A DNA stretch of 64,000 bases from Macrostomum lignano (Eukaryota). Below, in pieces: positions 13,201 through 23,488 of this stretch. The notes beneath the pieces were generated by a model. It did no database searches. It had not been told where the DNA came from and saw only the letters and a list, made by a program, of their open reading frames with translations. How positions within the stretch are numbered: position 1 is the first letter of the stretch; every line of letters starts with the position of its first letter. The stretch lies in the NCBI GenBank assembly GCA_002269645.1, contig NIVC01003514.1, positions 1 to 64,000 on the forward strand. Reading direction: 5' to 3'. The position numbers were made by a program, and so were the translations under genes.

Positions 13201-14363
13201 TCTGGTGCTGGCGCCTCTGTTGCTGGCGCCTCTGGTGCTGGCGCCTCTGGTGCTGGCGCCTCTGGTGCTGGCGCCTCTGGTGCTGGCGCCTCTGGTGCTG
13301 GCGCCTCTAGTGCTGGCGTCTCTGGTGCTGGCGCCTCTGGTGCTGGCGCCTCTGGTGCTGGCGCCTCTGGTGCTGGCGCCTCTGGTGCTGGCGCCTCTGG
13401 TGCTGGCGCCTCTGGTGCTGGCGCCTCTGGTGCTGGCGCCTCTGGTGCTGGCGCCTCTGGTGCTGGCGCCTCTGGTGCTGGCGCCTCTGGTGCTGGCGCC
13501 TCTGGTGCTGGCGCCTCTGGTGCTGGCGCCTCTGGTGCTGGCGCCTCTGGTGCTGGCGCCTCTGGTGCTGGCGCCTCTGGTGCTGGCGCCTCTGGTGCTG
13601 GCGCCTCTGGTGCTGGCGCCTCTGGTGCTGGCGCCTCTGGTGCTGGCGCCTCTGGTGCCTGGTACTAAAGCCCCTGGTGCTGGCGCCCCTGGTGCTAAAG
13701 CTCCTGGTGCTGGTGCATTCGTTACTCTGATAGATTAATCTGATAGAATGCACCTAATCAATAACCTACCAGGTGAACACTGCAGCTGCCGAGGTGCTTC
13801 ACAATCGAATCTACTCAATGCTGCAGCACGGTGAGTCAGATTCTGACAATCAAAGTTCAGCTCTGCTTGACGTCTGCTGCGGCACTGGCACCATCGGGCT
13901 GTCTCTGGCCCGCTATTTCAGCCAGGTTTTGGGCATCGAATTGATTGCCGATGCAGTTCGCGATGCTCAACTAAACGCCCAGCGCAACGGCATTAAGAAT
14001 GCCAGTTTTGTCTGCGGCCGAGCCGAGGACACCCTGCCTAGGGAGGCCAATTTGCTAGCTGAGACGGTGTCCGATCTTCGCGTAGTGCTGGACCCGCCGC
14101 GTGGCGGCTTGCAACCGTCCGTGTTGTCAACTATCCGACGGTGTCGTTCGATCCGACGTCTCCTGTACGTGTCCTGCTGTCCCCGAGCGGCTCGGTCTAA
14201 CTTTGTAGATCTGTGCCGACCGGCGTCTAATAAATGGCGCGGGGATCCGTTTCGATTGGCTCTGGTTCAGCCGGTGGATCTGTTCCCGTTGACTAAGCAC
14301 TGCGAATTGCTGCTGTTGTTTGTTAGAGAGCCTGCTGATGCTGCTGCTGATGCTAGCGAATGA
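10273..14363 (+). CDS. TRMT2A: tRNA (uracil-5-)-methyltransferase TRMT2A/Trm2 homolog, exons 10273-10548, 11540-11982, 12644-13112, 13773-14363
   Basis: RRM-like SELFKIEVKN...AFVTF...RDKAL, LAKPKADP, YRNKCQF, SPAAFFQ|VNTAAAEVL, LLDVCCGTGTIG (SAM motif), LDPPRGG, YVSC, VDLFPLTKHCE; GT-AG introns in phase. Confidence 0.95.
10650..11230. repeat. 21-bp minisatellite (AGGCTCCTAAATAAGTGTTAG-type), TRMT2A intron 1
   Basis: Direct tandem copies. Confidence 0.95.
12055..12375. repeat. ~40-bp minisatellite (GATGCTATGGAGTACTAAATTATAATCTGGATTTATATCA-type), TRMT2A intron 2
   Basis: About 8 tandem copies. Confidence 0.93.
12376..12535 (-). mobile_element. tRNA-derived SINE copy 1 (3'-truncated)
   Basis: Homologous to 33365-33573 and 47009-47225; B-box GGTTCGATTCC (rc) and central CTTCAGTTCACCC..G.TAAAATGGGTGCCAGC block. 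Confidence 0.8.
13165..13715. repeat. 15-bp minisatellite (TCTGGTGCTGGCGCC)n, TRMT2A intron 3
   Basis: Near-perfect tandem array. Confidence 0.98.
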
Positions 14364-14449
14364 GTTGATCATTTTTAGGGTTTCTTGGTTTTGACTTTTT
14401 GGTGTTTTCAGAGTTTGTGAAGCTTAAGCCAACGTTTAGGAAGTTGGGG

Positions 14450-14850
14450 GGTGTTGAAGCTTGGGGATTGTGAAGATTAGGGATTGTGAAGATTGGGAGA
14501 TGTTGAAGATTGGGGATGCTGAAGATTAGGAGATGTTGAAGATTGGGGGATGTTGAAGCTCGGGGATTGTGAAGATTGGGGTTTGTGAAGATTGAGGGAT
14601 GTTGAAGCTCGGGGATTGTGAAGATTGGGGGATGTTGAAGATTGGGAGATGTTGAAGATTGGGGGATGTTGAAGCTCGGGGATTGTGAAGTTTGGGGATT
14701 GTGAAGATTGGGAGATGTTGAAGATTGGGGATGCTGAAGATTGGGGATTTTGTAGGGGGGGTTGTGAAGATTGGGGGATGTTGAAGCTCGGGGATTGTGA
14801 AGTTTGGGGATTGTGAAGATTGGGGGATGTTGAAGATTGGGGATGCTGAA
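14450..14850. repeat. ~16-17-bp minisatellite (GAAGATTGGGGGATGTT-type) downstream of the TRMT2A stop
   Basis: Degenerate tandem copies. Confidence 0.9.
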
Positions 14851-15059
14851 CATTTACCTTAAGTCATTGTAAATGTTGTCTGTCATCTTTATGTTGCTAT
14901 TGTGTCTTATATGCACAGGGTTCAATATAATATATTGTAAAGTTGACAGCTGTTTATTCAATGAAATCAATATGTTAAGCTTCTTTTTTCATTTACAACG
15001 GCTTGAACTAAAAAGTTCGTTAAAAATAAATCTCATTTTTGATCACTTATCTCCACTCA

Positions 15060-15380
15060 CCCTATTCCACTCATCACATTCCACACCCTACTCATCACAT
15101 TCCACACCCCATTCATTACATTCCACACCCCATTCATCACATTCCACACCCCATTCATCACATTCCACACCTCATTCATCACATTCCACACCCCATTCAT
15201 TACATTCCACACCCCATTCATCACATTCCACACCTCATTCATTACATTCCACACCCCATTCATCACATTCCACACCTCATTCATCACATTCCACACCCCA
15301 TTCATTACATTCCACACCCCATTCATCACATTCCACACCTCATTCATTACATTCCACACACCATTCATTACATTCCACTC
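15060..15380. repeat. 21-bp minisatellite (ACATTCCACACCCCATTCATC)n upstream of FAM172A
   Basis: About 14 tandem copies. Confidence 0.95.
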
Positions 15381-15472
15381 TCTCTCAGTCCACAGGAATT
15401 CCACTGCTCAAGCAAAACTTGCAGCAACCCAATAATTCCCTCTAATAAATTTCCCCCAACCGTCTTCAGTCG

Positions 15473-18400
15473 ATGGCGTCATTCGGTCAGCGGGACAGTG
15501 CAAGCAGCTCAGGTCACTCCCAGAGCAGCGGCTTGGGTGGCAACACATGCCCCGGCAACTGCTGGGCAACAACACTAGCTGATTTAGACTTTACATTCGA
15601 TGCTAATGGCCGTCTGATTGACAATAAGACTGGCCAGGTGTTTGAATTTAATTATATTCGCGACCCGTCAAAGGCTGACAGTATGCGAAGGTGAGTAGTC
15701 AGATGTGCAAGCCCACTGTTACATCCTGTATGAGCATGTTCCCAGGAGTCAACAGAATGCCTTCTCATCCTATCCCAGGTACGAACGCCTTGGAGAGGTC
15801 ATAACGTCGTACATCTACCAGCTCATGCGAGACGATCACGGCATGCAAGAGCTTCCAGTCAGCGCTCTGGGTGATCCCCAGACTTTCCCGTTCGCTCCAT
15901 CCCCAGCAGCGGCCGCATCGGCAGCCCAGCGCCCTGGCACCGGGTGCTGCCTTTACCTGTCGCCGCCGTGTCAAGACGATGCCGATTATCTTCTAGTAAT
16001 CATTCAAGGCGGCGGTGTGATCCGGGCTGGTCAGTGGTCGCGTAGGTTGATTATTAACGATTCGTTATCGAGCGGCTCTATGCTGCCCTATATTAGTCTG
16101 GGTCATCGGCTGAATATGCGCCTGCTGATACTCAATCCCAATGCCAATCGGGTAAGTTGCTATTGATCTGTAATAATGTGCAACCGTAAAATTTAAAACA
16201 GTAGGAAATAGAGTAAGAATATGCTTAAAAGATTGTGAGTTAAAATCGGAAGTGAGTAATGATTAGTAGCCCTGATGACTAAACTAACCGGAAGTGAGTA
16301 AATATTAGTAGCCCTGATGACTAAACTAACCGGAAGTGAGTAAAGATTAGTAGCCCTGACGACTAAAATAACCGGAAGTGAGTAAAGATTAGTAGCCCTG
16401 ATGACTAAAATAACCGGAAGTGAGTAAAGATTAGTAGCCCTGATGACTAAAATAACCGGAAGTGAGTAAAGATTAGTAGCCCTGACGACTAAAATAACCG
16501 GAAGTGAGTAAAGATTAGTAGCCCTGATGACTAAAATAACCGGAAGTGAGTAAAGATTAGTAGTTCTGACGACTAAACTAACCGGAAGTGAGTAAATATT
16601 AGTAGCCCTGACGACTAAACTAACCGGAAGTGAGTAAAGATTAGTAGCCCTGATGACTAAAATAACCGGAAGTGAGTAAAGATTAGTAGTTCTGACGACT
16701 AAACTAACCGGAAGTGAGTAAATATTAGTAGCCCTGACGACTAAAATAACCGGAAGTGAGTAAAGATTAGTAGCCCTGATGACTAAAATAACCGGAAGTG
16801 AGTAAAGATTAGTAGTTCTGACGACTAAACTAACCGGAAGTGAGTAAAGATTAGTAGCCCTGATGAAACTAACCGGAAGTAAGTAACTGTTAGTAGCTAT
16901 AATTACTAAAATAACCGGAAGTTTAATCAAAGCTCTAATTGTTTTGAACCCTGACTGAAAACCGGAAGTGATTAAGGAGCAGGCATAGGTATCGGCCTAC
17001 TTGCCCTCTCTCTCTCTCTCTCTTGCAGTACCGCGGCCAGCCGATCGAAGGCCACGAGACGGCGGAGCGGCACGTTGAGACAGTTTGGCGCACCGTAGTC
17101 CGTCGCGCTCCCCAGCGTCACGTGTTTGTCATCTGTCACGGCCACGGCGGAGTGGCGTTCACCCACCAGTTGCAGCCGTGGGAGCCGGGTGATCCTAGCC
17201 AAGGCGACGATCGTCAGCTGTGGGAGACGCGTCGGCGAGAGTTCATCGCCGATCTGCGCGATCGAGTGCCTGGCGTTGCGTTTTGCGACTCGTATTTCTG
17301 CTTGCCAATGCAGGGCATCGACGATCCTGAGGTTATTGATTATTTTCGGAAGCGCTCGCGCAACTGGGTCAGCTCTGACCAGCCGCTTGACCAGCCTATC
17401 GATACGGGATCGGTGAGTGTGGGGTAGCCACTCAACCGGAAATAAGGGTGGGGTTTAGTTTCTTAACCGGAAGTGAGAGTGAGAGTAGCCACTCAACCGG
17501 AAATAATAGTGGGGTTTATTTTCTTAACCGGAAGTGAGAGTGGGAGTAGCCACTCAACCGGAAATAATAGTGGGGTTTATTTTCTTAACCGGAAGTGAGA
17601 GTGAGAGTAGCCACTCAACCGGAAATAATAGTGGGGTTTATTTTCTTAACCGGAAGTGAGAGTGAGAGTAGCCACTCAACCGGAAATAAGATGGGGATTT
17701 GTTTCTTAACCGGAAGTGAGAGTGAGAGTAGCCACTCAACCGGAAATAATAGTGGGGTTTATTTTCTTAACCGGAAGTGAGAGTGGGAGTAGCCACTCAA
17801 CCGGAAATAATAGTGGGGTTTATTTTCTTAACCGGAAGTGAGAGTGAGAGTAGCCACTCAACCGGAAATAATAGTGGGGTTTATTTTCTTAACCGGAAGT
17901 GAGAGTGAGAGTAGCCACTCAACCGGAAATAAGATGGGGATTTGTTTCTTAACCGGAAGTGAGAGTGAGAGTAGCCACTCAACCGGAAATAATAGTGGGG
18001 TTTATTTTCTTAACCGGAAGTGAGTGTGGGGTAGCCACTCAACCGGAAATAATAGTGGGGTTTATTTTCTTAACCGGTAGGGAGAGTAGGAGTAGCCACT
18101 TACCCGGAAATAAGGCTAGTGATTAGTTTCCTAACCGGAAGTGAGAGTGGGAGTAGCCACTCAGCCGGAAAAAATAGTGGGGATTAGTTTCTTAACCGGA
18201 AGTGAGTGGGAGTAGCCACTCAACCGGAAATAAGGGTGGGGATTAGTTTCTTATAACCGGAAGTAAGAATGGGAGTAGCCACTCAACCGGAAATAAGGGT
18301 GGGGATTAGTTTCTTATAACCGGAAGTAAGAGTGGGAGTAGCCACTCAACCGGAAATAAGGCTGGGGATTAGTTTCTTATAACCGGAAGTGAGAGTGGGA

Positions 18401-18975
18401 GTAGCCACTCAACCGGAAATAAGGGTGGGGATTAGTTTCTTAACCGAAATTGAGTGGGAGTAGCCACTCAACCGGAAATAATAGTGGGGATTAGTTTTTT
18501 AATCGAAATTGAGAGTGGGAGTAACCACAACCAGAATTAAGGCTAGGGATTAGTTTCCTAACCGGAAGTGAGAGTGAGAGTAGCCACTCAACCGGAAATA
18601 AAGGTGGGGATTAGTTTCTTATAACCGGAAGTGAGAGTGGGAGTAGCCACTCACCCAGAATTAAGGCTGGGGATTAGATTCTTAACCGGATGTGCACATA
18701 AGGGTAGGATAACCGGAATTAAGAGAACCTTCTCCTCCGCGCCCCAGCTGACCAACTGGGGTCAGGCAGTCCAGGACACGCCGAAAGTGTCCGCCGGCAC
18801 TCCCGCTCACGAGCGGATACCCGCCAACGCCATGGTCTCCGTGTTCCGCTGGCTGTTCTCCATGTGCGACCGGAAGCAGCGCTTGAGACCGGAAACAATG
18901 TCCAGCATGGAGCAGGCTCTGCTGGCGGCTGAGAAACAGATGCAGTCTGCCGCCGCTGCTGACTCGGACACCTGA
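15473..18975 (+). CDS. FAM172A: FAM172A/ARB2A homolog (Arb2 domain), exons 15473-15690, 15779-16151, 17029-17412, 18748-18975
   Basis: Motifs F.FDANGRL...TGQVFEFNY, RYERLGEVIT.YIYQL, LLVIIQGGGVIRAGQWSRRLIINDSL.SGS.LPYI, LNPN, RNWVSSDQPLD, PKVSAGTPAHE match the family as recalled; splice phases are consistent. Confidence 0.93.
16245..16925. repeat. 42-bp minisatellite (AACCGGAAGTGAGTAAAGATTAGTAGCCCTGATGACTAAAAT)n, FAM172A intron 2
   Basis: About 16 tandem copies. Confidence 0.97.
17415..18720. repeat. 61-bp minisatellite (dimer of ~30/31-bp AACCGGAA subunits), FAM172A intron 3
   Basis: About 21 copies of AACCGGAAGTGAGAGTGAGAGTAGCCACTCAACCGGAAATAATAGTGGGGTTTATTTTCTT. Confidence 0.97.
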
Positions 18976-19014
18976 CCGGAGCTTTTGTGCACACCACCTG
19001 AACTGTCTGTCCTG

Positions 19015-19855
19015 TCTCTACCTGCCTCTGTCTCTACCGTATCTCTACCTGCCTCTGTCTCTACCGTATCTCTACCTGCCTCTGTCTCTACCGTGTCTCT
19101 GCCTGCCTCTGTCTCTACCGTGTCTCTATCTGCCTCTATCTCTACCTTGTTTCTATCCGCCTCTATCTCTACCTGTCTCTATCTGCCTCTATCTCTACCT
19201 TGTTTCTACCTGCCTCTATCTCTACCTTGTTTCTATCCGCCTCTATCTCTACCTGTCTCTACCTGCCTCTATCTCTACCTTGTTTCTATCCGCCTCTATC
19301 TGTACCTGTCTCTACCTGCCTCTATCTCTACCTTGTTTCTATCCGCCTCTATCTCTACCTGTCTCTACCTGCCTCTATCTCTACCTTGTTTCTATCCGCC
19401 TCTATCTCTACCCTGTCTCTATCCACCTCTTACCTCTACCGTGTCTCTATCCACCTCTATCTCTACCCTGTCTCTATCTGCCTCTTTATCTGCCTGTCTC
19501 TATCCACCTCTATCTCTACCTGTCTCTATCTGCCTCTATATCTGCCTGTCTCTATCCGCCTCTATCTCTACCGTGTCTCTATCCGCATCTATCTCTACCG
19601 TGTCTCTATCCGCCTCTATCTCTGCCCTGTCTCTATCCACCTCTTACCTCTACCGTGTCTCTATCCACCTCTATCTCTACCCTGTCTCTATCTGCCTCTA
19701 TCTCTACCTGTCTCTATCTGCCTCTATTTCTACCGTGTCTCTATCCGCCTCTATTTCTACCTTGTCTCTATCCGCCTCTATCTCTACCCTGTCTCTATCC
19801 ACCTCTATCTGAACCCTGTCTATGCGCCTCCATCTCTACCCTGTTTCTCTATCTT
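19015..19855. repeat. CT-rich degenerate tandem repeat (CTCTATCTCTACC / TGTCTCTATC)
   Basis: Low-complexity periodic sequence. Confidence 0.93.
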
Positions 19856-20234
19856 TATCCGCCTGTATATGGCTATGTTTATATAGGCGTCCTTTTAACG
19901 TTCAGTTTTTTACATTAATAAGCCATTCATTATATATTTGCTATGTTAATCGCATTTCATGGATAATAGCTAACTAATGTGCAGTTTATTTGTGTTTGTA
20001 AATAAATATTTCGTATTCATCTTCAGTTATAGAAAGTGCACATTCAAGTTTTACTATGTATTTGTCAAAATTTTTATTTAGTTTTTTGATATCGGGTTTA
20101 GCCATAGACTAAGAATATGAGCCTAAAACCATAGATCTTATATTCCCTAGATACGCCACTCAGCGACCACAAGCACACCCATAGAGCCTTTGTATTTCTT
20201 GAAAGAATTTAGCGACCACGGTATCAGGTCAGTA

Positions 20235-20353
20235 GCTAACCAACAAGCAGATGATGCTCGGCATGATTCTGAAACTTTTCAAGACTTCACCGGTTGCTTC
20301 ATCCCCCAGAGCCGGTCGAAGCGTATCCAGCATCCGCCGAAGGGTGTGCATCA
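20235..20353 (-). pseudogene. Inverted, near-identical duplicate of 21380-21498 (3' part of exon 1 of the membrane protein gene)
   Basis: The rc reads MHTLRRMLDTLRPALGDEATGEVLKSFRIMPSIICLL followed by a retained GTTAG donor; only ~3 mismatches. Confidence 0.8.
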
Positions 20354-21141
20354 AAACGCTATGGAGCCGCGTTTTGAAGCAACGATTCTAGAAAGTTCTG
20401 TCTGTCTAATCAACTACTGACTAAGAATGTTGAACTATGCGAATCTGCCCGACCAACTTATCAGTGGTCTGTCAACAGAGGAGTTGAATTAGTGTCGTCA
20501 GAGTCAGCAACCCGCTATTTGGAAGAATTGAGTGGCGAGTTCGCTTGACAACTAAACGCTGAAGAGATTCAGGACCTAAGCGAAGATGTGCTTGAGGAAC
20601 TTTAAGAAATTGAACGAGAAGGAATCCGGAATCAGTGAGACAAGGGCTATTGAAACCAAGTATGGAAAACGGCAATAAGAGCCGGCTGCAATCGTCGTGA
20701 ACTTCAACGGGGCCTTCCAGAATTGCACGTTTAATCTAACTGGAGTTGTTAAGCAGTAGCTTGGAAAAAGTAAAACGTCGTTTGATTGAATGAACTAAAC
20801 TAACAAGCCGAAAATTGTTGCGTTACTGTTACGAAATTATAAAAGTGCGAAAGCGTAAAAGAAAACAAAATAATAATCCTATAAAAGTATAATTTCTTTT
20901 AAAATATAAAAGCATACTTGGTTGGAACTTGTTTCACCATAGACTACGAAAATTCGAGACGAAATTTCATTCATTGATACCCCGAAAAGGGACACTTGAG
21001 CTCAGAGAAGTTAATGACAATCCATTGGCCATAGACGTAGAGAAGATTTGCGCGCAGTTGTGGGAGCAGCGCTGCCACTGGAAAGTGCCTAGTAACTAGT
21101 TAAGAATCTGAACTATCTGTATTAGCAAATTGAGAAGTAAA

Positions 21142-23272
21142 ATGCAGACTGAATTCGAAGAAGCGACAGGCGTCAATAGCAAAGACTCGCAGGTGCAAGA
21201 TGAAGCGATATTGTCCGATGATTCAGCTGATTGGGTGAGCGAGAACAGCTCAAAATCCACTGTGATTGAGGAGGTTGAAAAGCGCTTCAATGCTGGAGGC
21301 TTGGCTGTGCGCTTTGTGCTGCTACTAATCTGCGCGTACCTTGGCGTTCGAGTGTACCTGGTGTACAGGTTGGTACGTCTGATGCACACCCTTCGGCGGA
21401 TGCTGGATACGCTTCGACCGGCTCTGGGAGATGAAGCAACCGGTGAAGTCTTGAAAAGTTTCAGAATCATGCCGAGCATCATCTGTTTGTTGGTTAGTCT
21501 GCGTGCTGTGTGCTCCGGTCATTGAGAGTAGACTCATGCCCCTGTCTCTGCCAACATTGAGTAGACTCTCAAGCCCCTGTCTCTGCAAACATTGAGTAGA
21601 CTCTCAAGCCCCTGTCTCTGCCAACATTGAGTAGACTCTCAAGCCCTTGTCTCTGCAAACATTGAGTAGACTCTCAAGCCCCTGTCTCTGCCAACATTGA
21701 GTAGACTCTCAAGCCCCTGTCTCTGCCAACATTGAGTAGACTCTCAAGCCCCTGTCTCTGCCAACATTGAGTAGACTCTCAAGCCCCTGTCTCTGCCAAC
21801 ATTGAGTAGACTCTCAAGCCCCTGTCTCTGCCAACATTGAGTAGACTCAAGCCCCTATCTCTGCCAACATTGAGTAGACTCAAGCCCTTGTCTCTGCCAA
21901 CATTGAGTAGACTCGCATCATCTCTACAAACATTGAGTAGACCCAATTCCCTATCTCGGCCAACATTGAGTAGACTCGCATCATCTCTACAAACATTGAG
22001 TAGACCCAATTCCCTATCTCTGCAGACATTGAGTAGACTCAAGCCCGTCTCTGCCAACATTGAGTAGACTCAAGCCCCTATCTTTGCAAACATTGAGTAG
22101 ACTCATGCCCCTGTCTCTGCCAACATTGAGTAGACTCATGCCCCTGTCTCTGCCAACATTGAGTAGACTCATGCCCCTATCTCTGCCAACATTAAGTAGA
22201 CTCATGCCCCTATCTCTGCCAACATTGAGTAGACTCATGCTCCTGTCTCTGCCAACATTGAGTAGACTCAAGCCCCTATCTCTGCCAACATTGAGTAGAC
22301 TCATGCTCCTGTCTCTGCCAACATTGAGTAGACTCGCATCATCTCTACAAACATTGAGTAGACTCGCATCATCTCTACAAACATTGAGTAGACTCGCATC
22401 ATCTCTACAAACATTGAGTAGACCCAATTCCCTATCTCTGCAGACATTGAGTAGACTCGCATCATCTCTGCCAACATTGAGTACAGTAGACTCAAGCCCC
22501 TATCTCTGCAGACACTGAAAGTCAACATCTACCTAGCTGACATTGGGCTAACTATAAAATATTCAATGTGACTTGTAAGCCAAAATATTCAATTGCACTG
22601 CACCAACATGCACACCCGCAGTCATTCAGCCTGGCAGTAACTTTAGGCCTATTCGCTGCACTTTTCTACACTGCATTTGTCCAACCAATCCGACAGAATC
22701 GCTGCAACACGGCGTTGCACACTGACAGACAGAAGATCTCACCCCAGCAAATCAAATGCCTGCTCAGAACAATGGGCACTTTAATGTTCTATTTTGTTCT
22801 ACTGCCTGAAGCTGTCTTAGCGTTGGTTCTGTCTGACAATGTCACCGCTACAGGCACACTGGTTGACAGGCGAGTCAGAACGGGAGCAGTTTCGTCAGAT
22901 GCTGTTCTGTCTATCAGTGGCAGCTTTGGTTGCAACCTGAGCCACATTGTCAGCTGTTGGGAACTGGACGAGGCCAACATGACTCGGGTGTCAAGAGGAT
23001 TCTACCTGCCAATACGACAACACCTGCAACAGGCCCATCTGCCTGAGTCATTCAGTCAAATGCTGATGATTTTGGTATCCTTTCTGGTTACTCATTTGAT
23101 TCGAGGTCGGGGCATTTGGGAGGTGGATCATAGGCTGCTGCTACAGCAGAATGAGCTCATCAGACTGAATGAGCAGAGATTAGTTGAGCAGAGGCGCTCA
23201 GCTGGACTGGTGATTAATGCGCAGAATACCGACAGCAGGGCCGACGGATGGCGTAAGAATAAGCACGTTTGA
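21142..23272 (+). CDS. Uncharacterised multi-pass membrane protein, exons 21142-21492 and 22622-23272
   Basis: Two long non-repetitive ORFs joined in phase 0 by a GTTAGT...CAG intron. The junction (IMPSIICLL|SFSLAVTLGLFAALFY) forms a continuous hydrophobic helix; about 4 hydrophobic segments; family not recognised. Confidence 0.6.
21530..22515. repeat. 31-33-bp minisatellite (ACATTGAGTAGACTC..GCCCCTGTCTCTGCCA)n, intronic
   Basis: About 30 tandem copies. Confidence 0.97.
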
Positions 23273-23488
23273 TTTTCTTGTATTAAACTTAATTGGGGAG
23301 ATGCTTGTGAAGTTGCTAATCAATAAAATCAATAATTATTTCAAATGTTTTTCAACTTGCGACTTTAATATGGACATCATAAGTGAACGTGTCAAATGGG
23401 TGTGCAACAGGTGTCAAATGTCAAAATAGTTGTGCCACTGACTCAATGGTTATAAAACAGATGTCACAAGTACTTATTAGGTTATTAA

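Noticed and set aside
16245-16925. Tandem hammerhead ribozymes (CTGATGA/CTGACGA in each unit)
   Set aside because: The motif is followed by GAAG rather than GAAA, stem II cannot form, and there is no complement for stem I; the CTGACGA...GAAA at ~48960-49010 (rc) fails likewise
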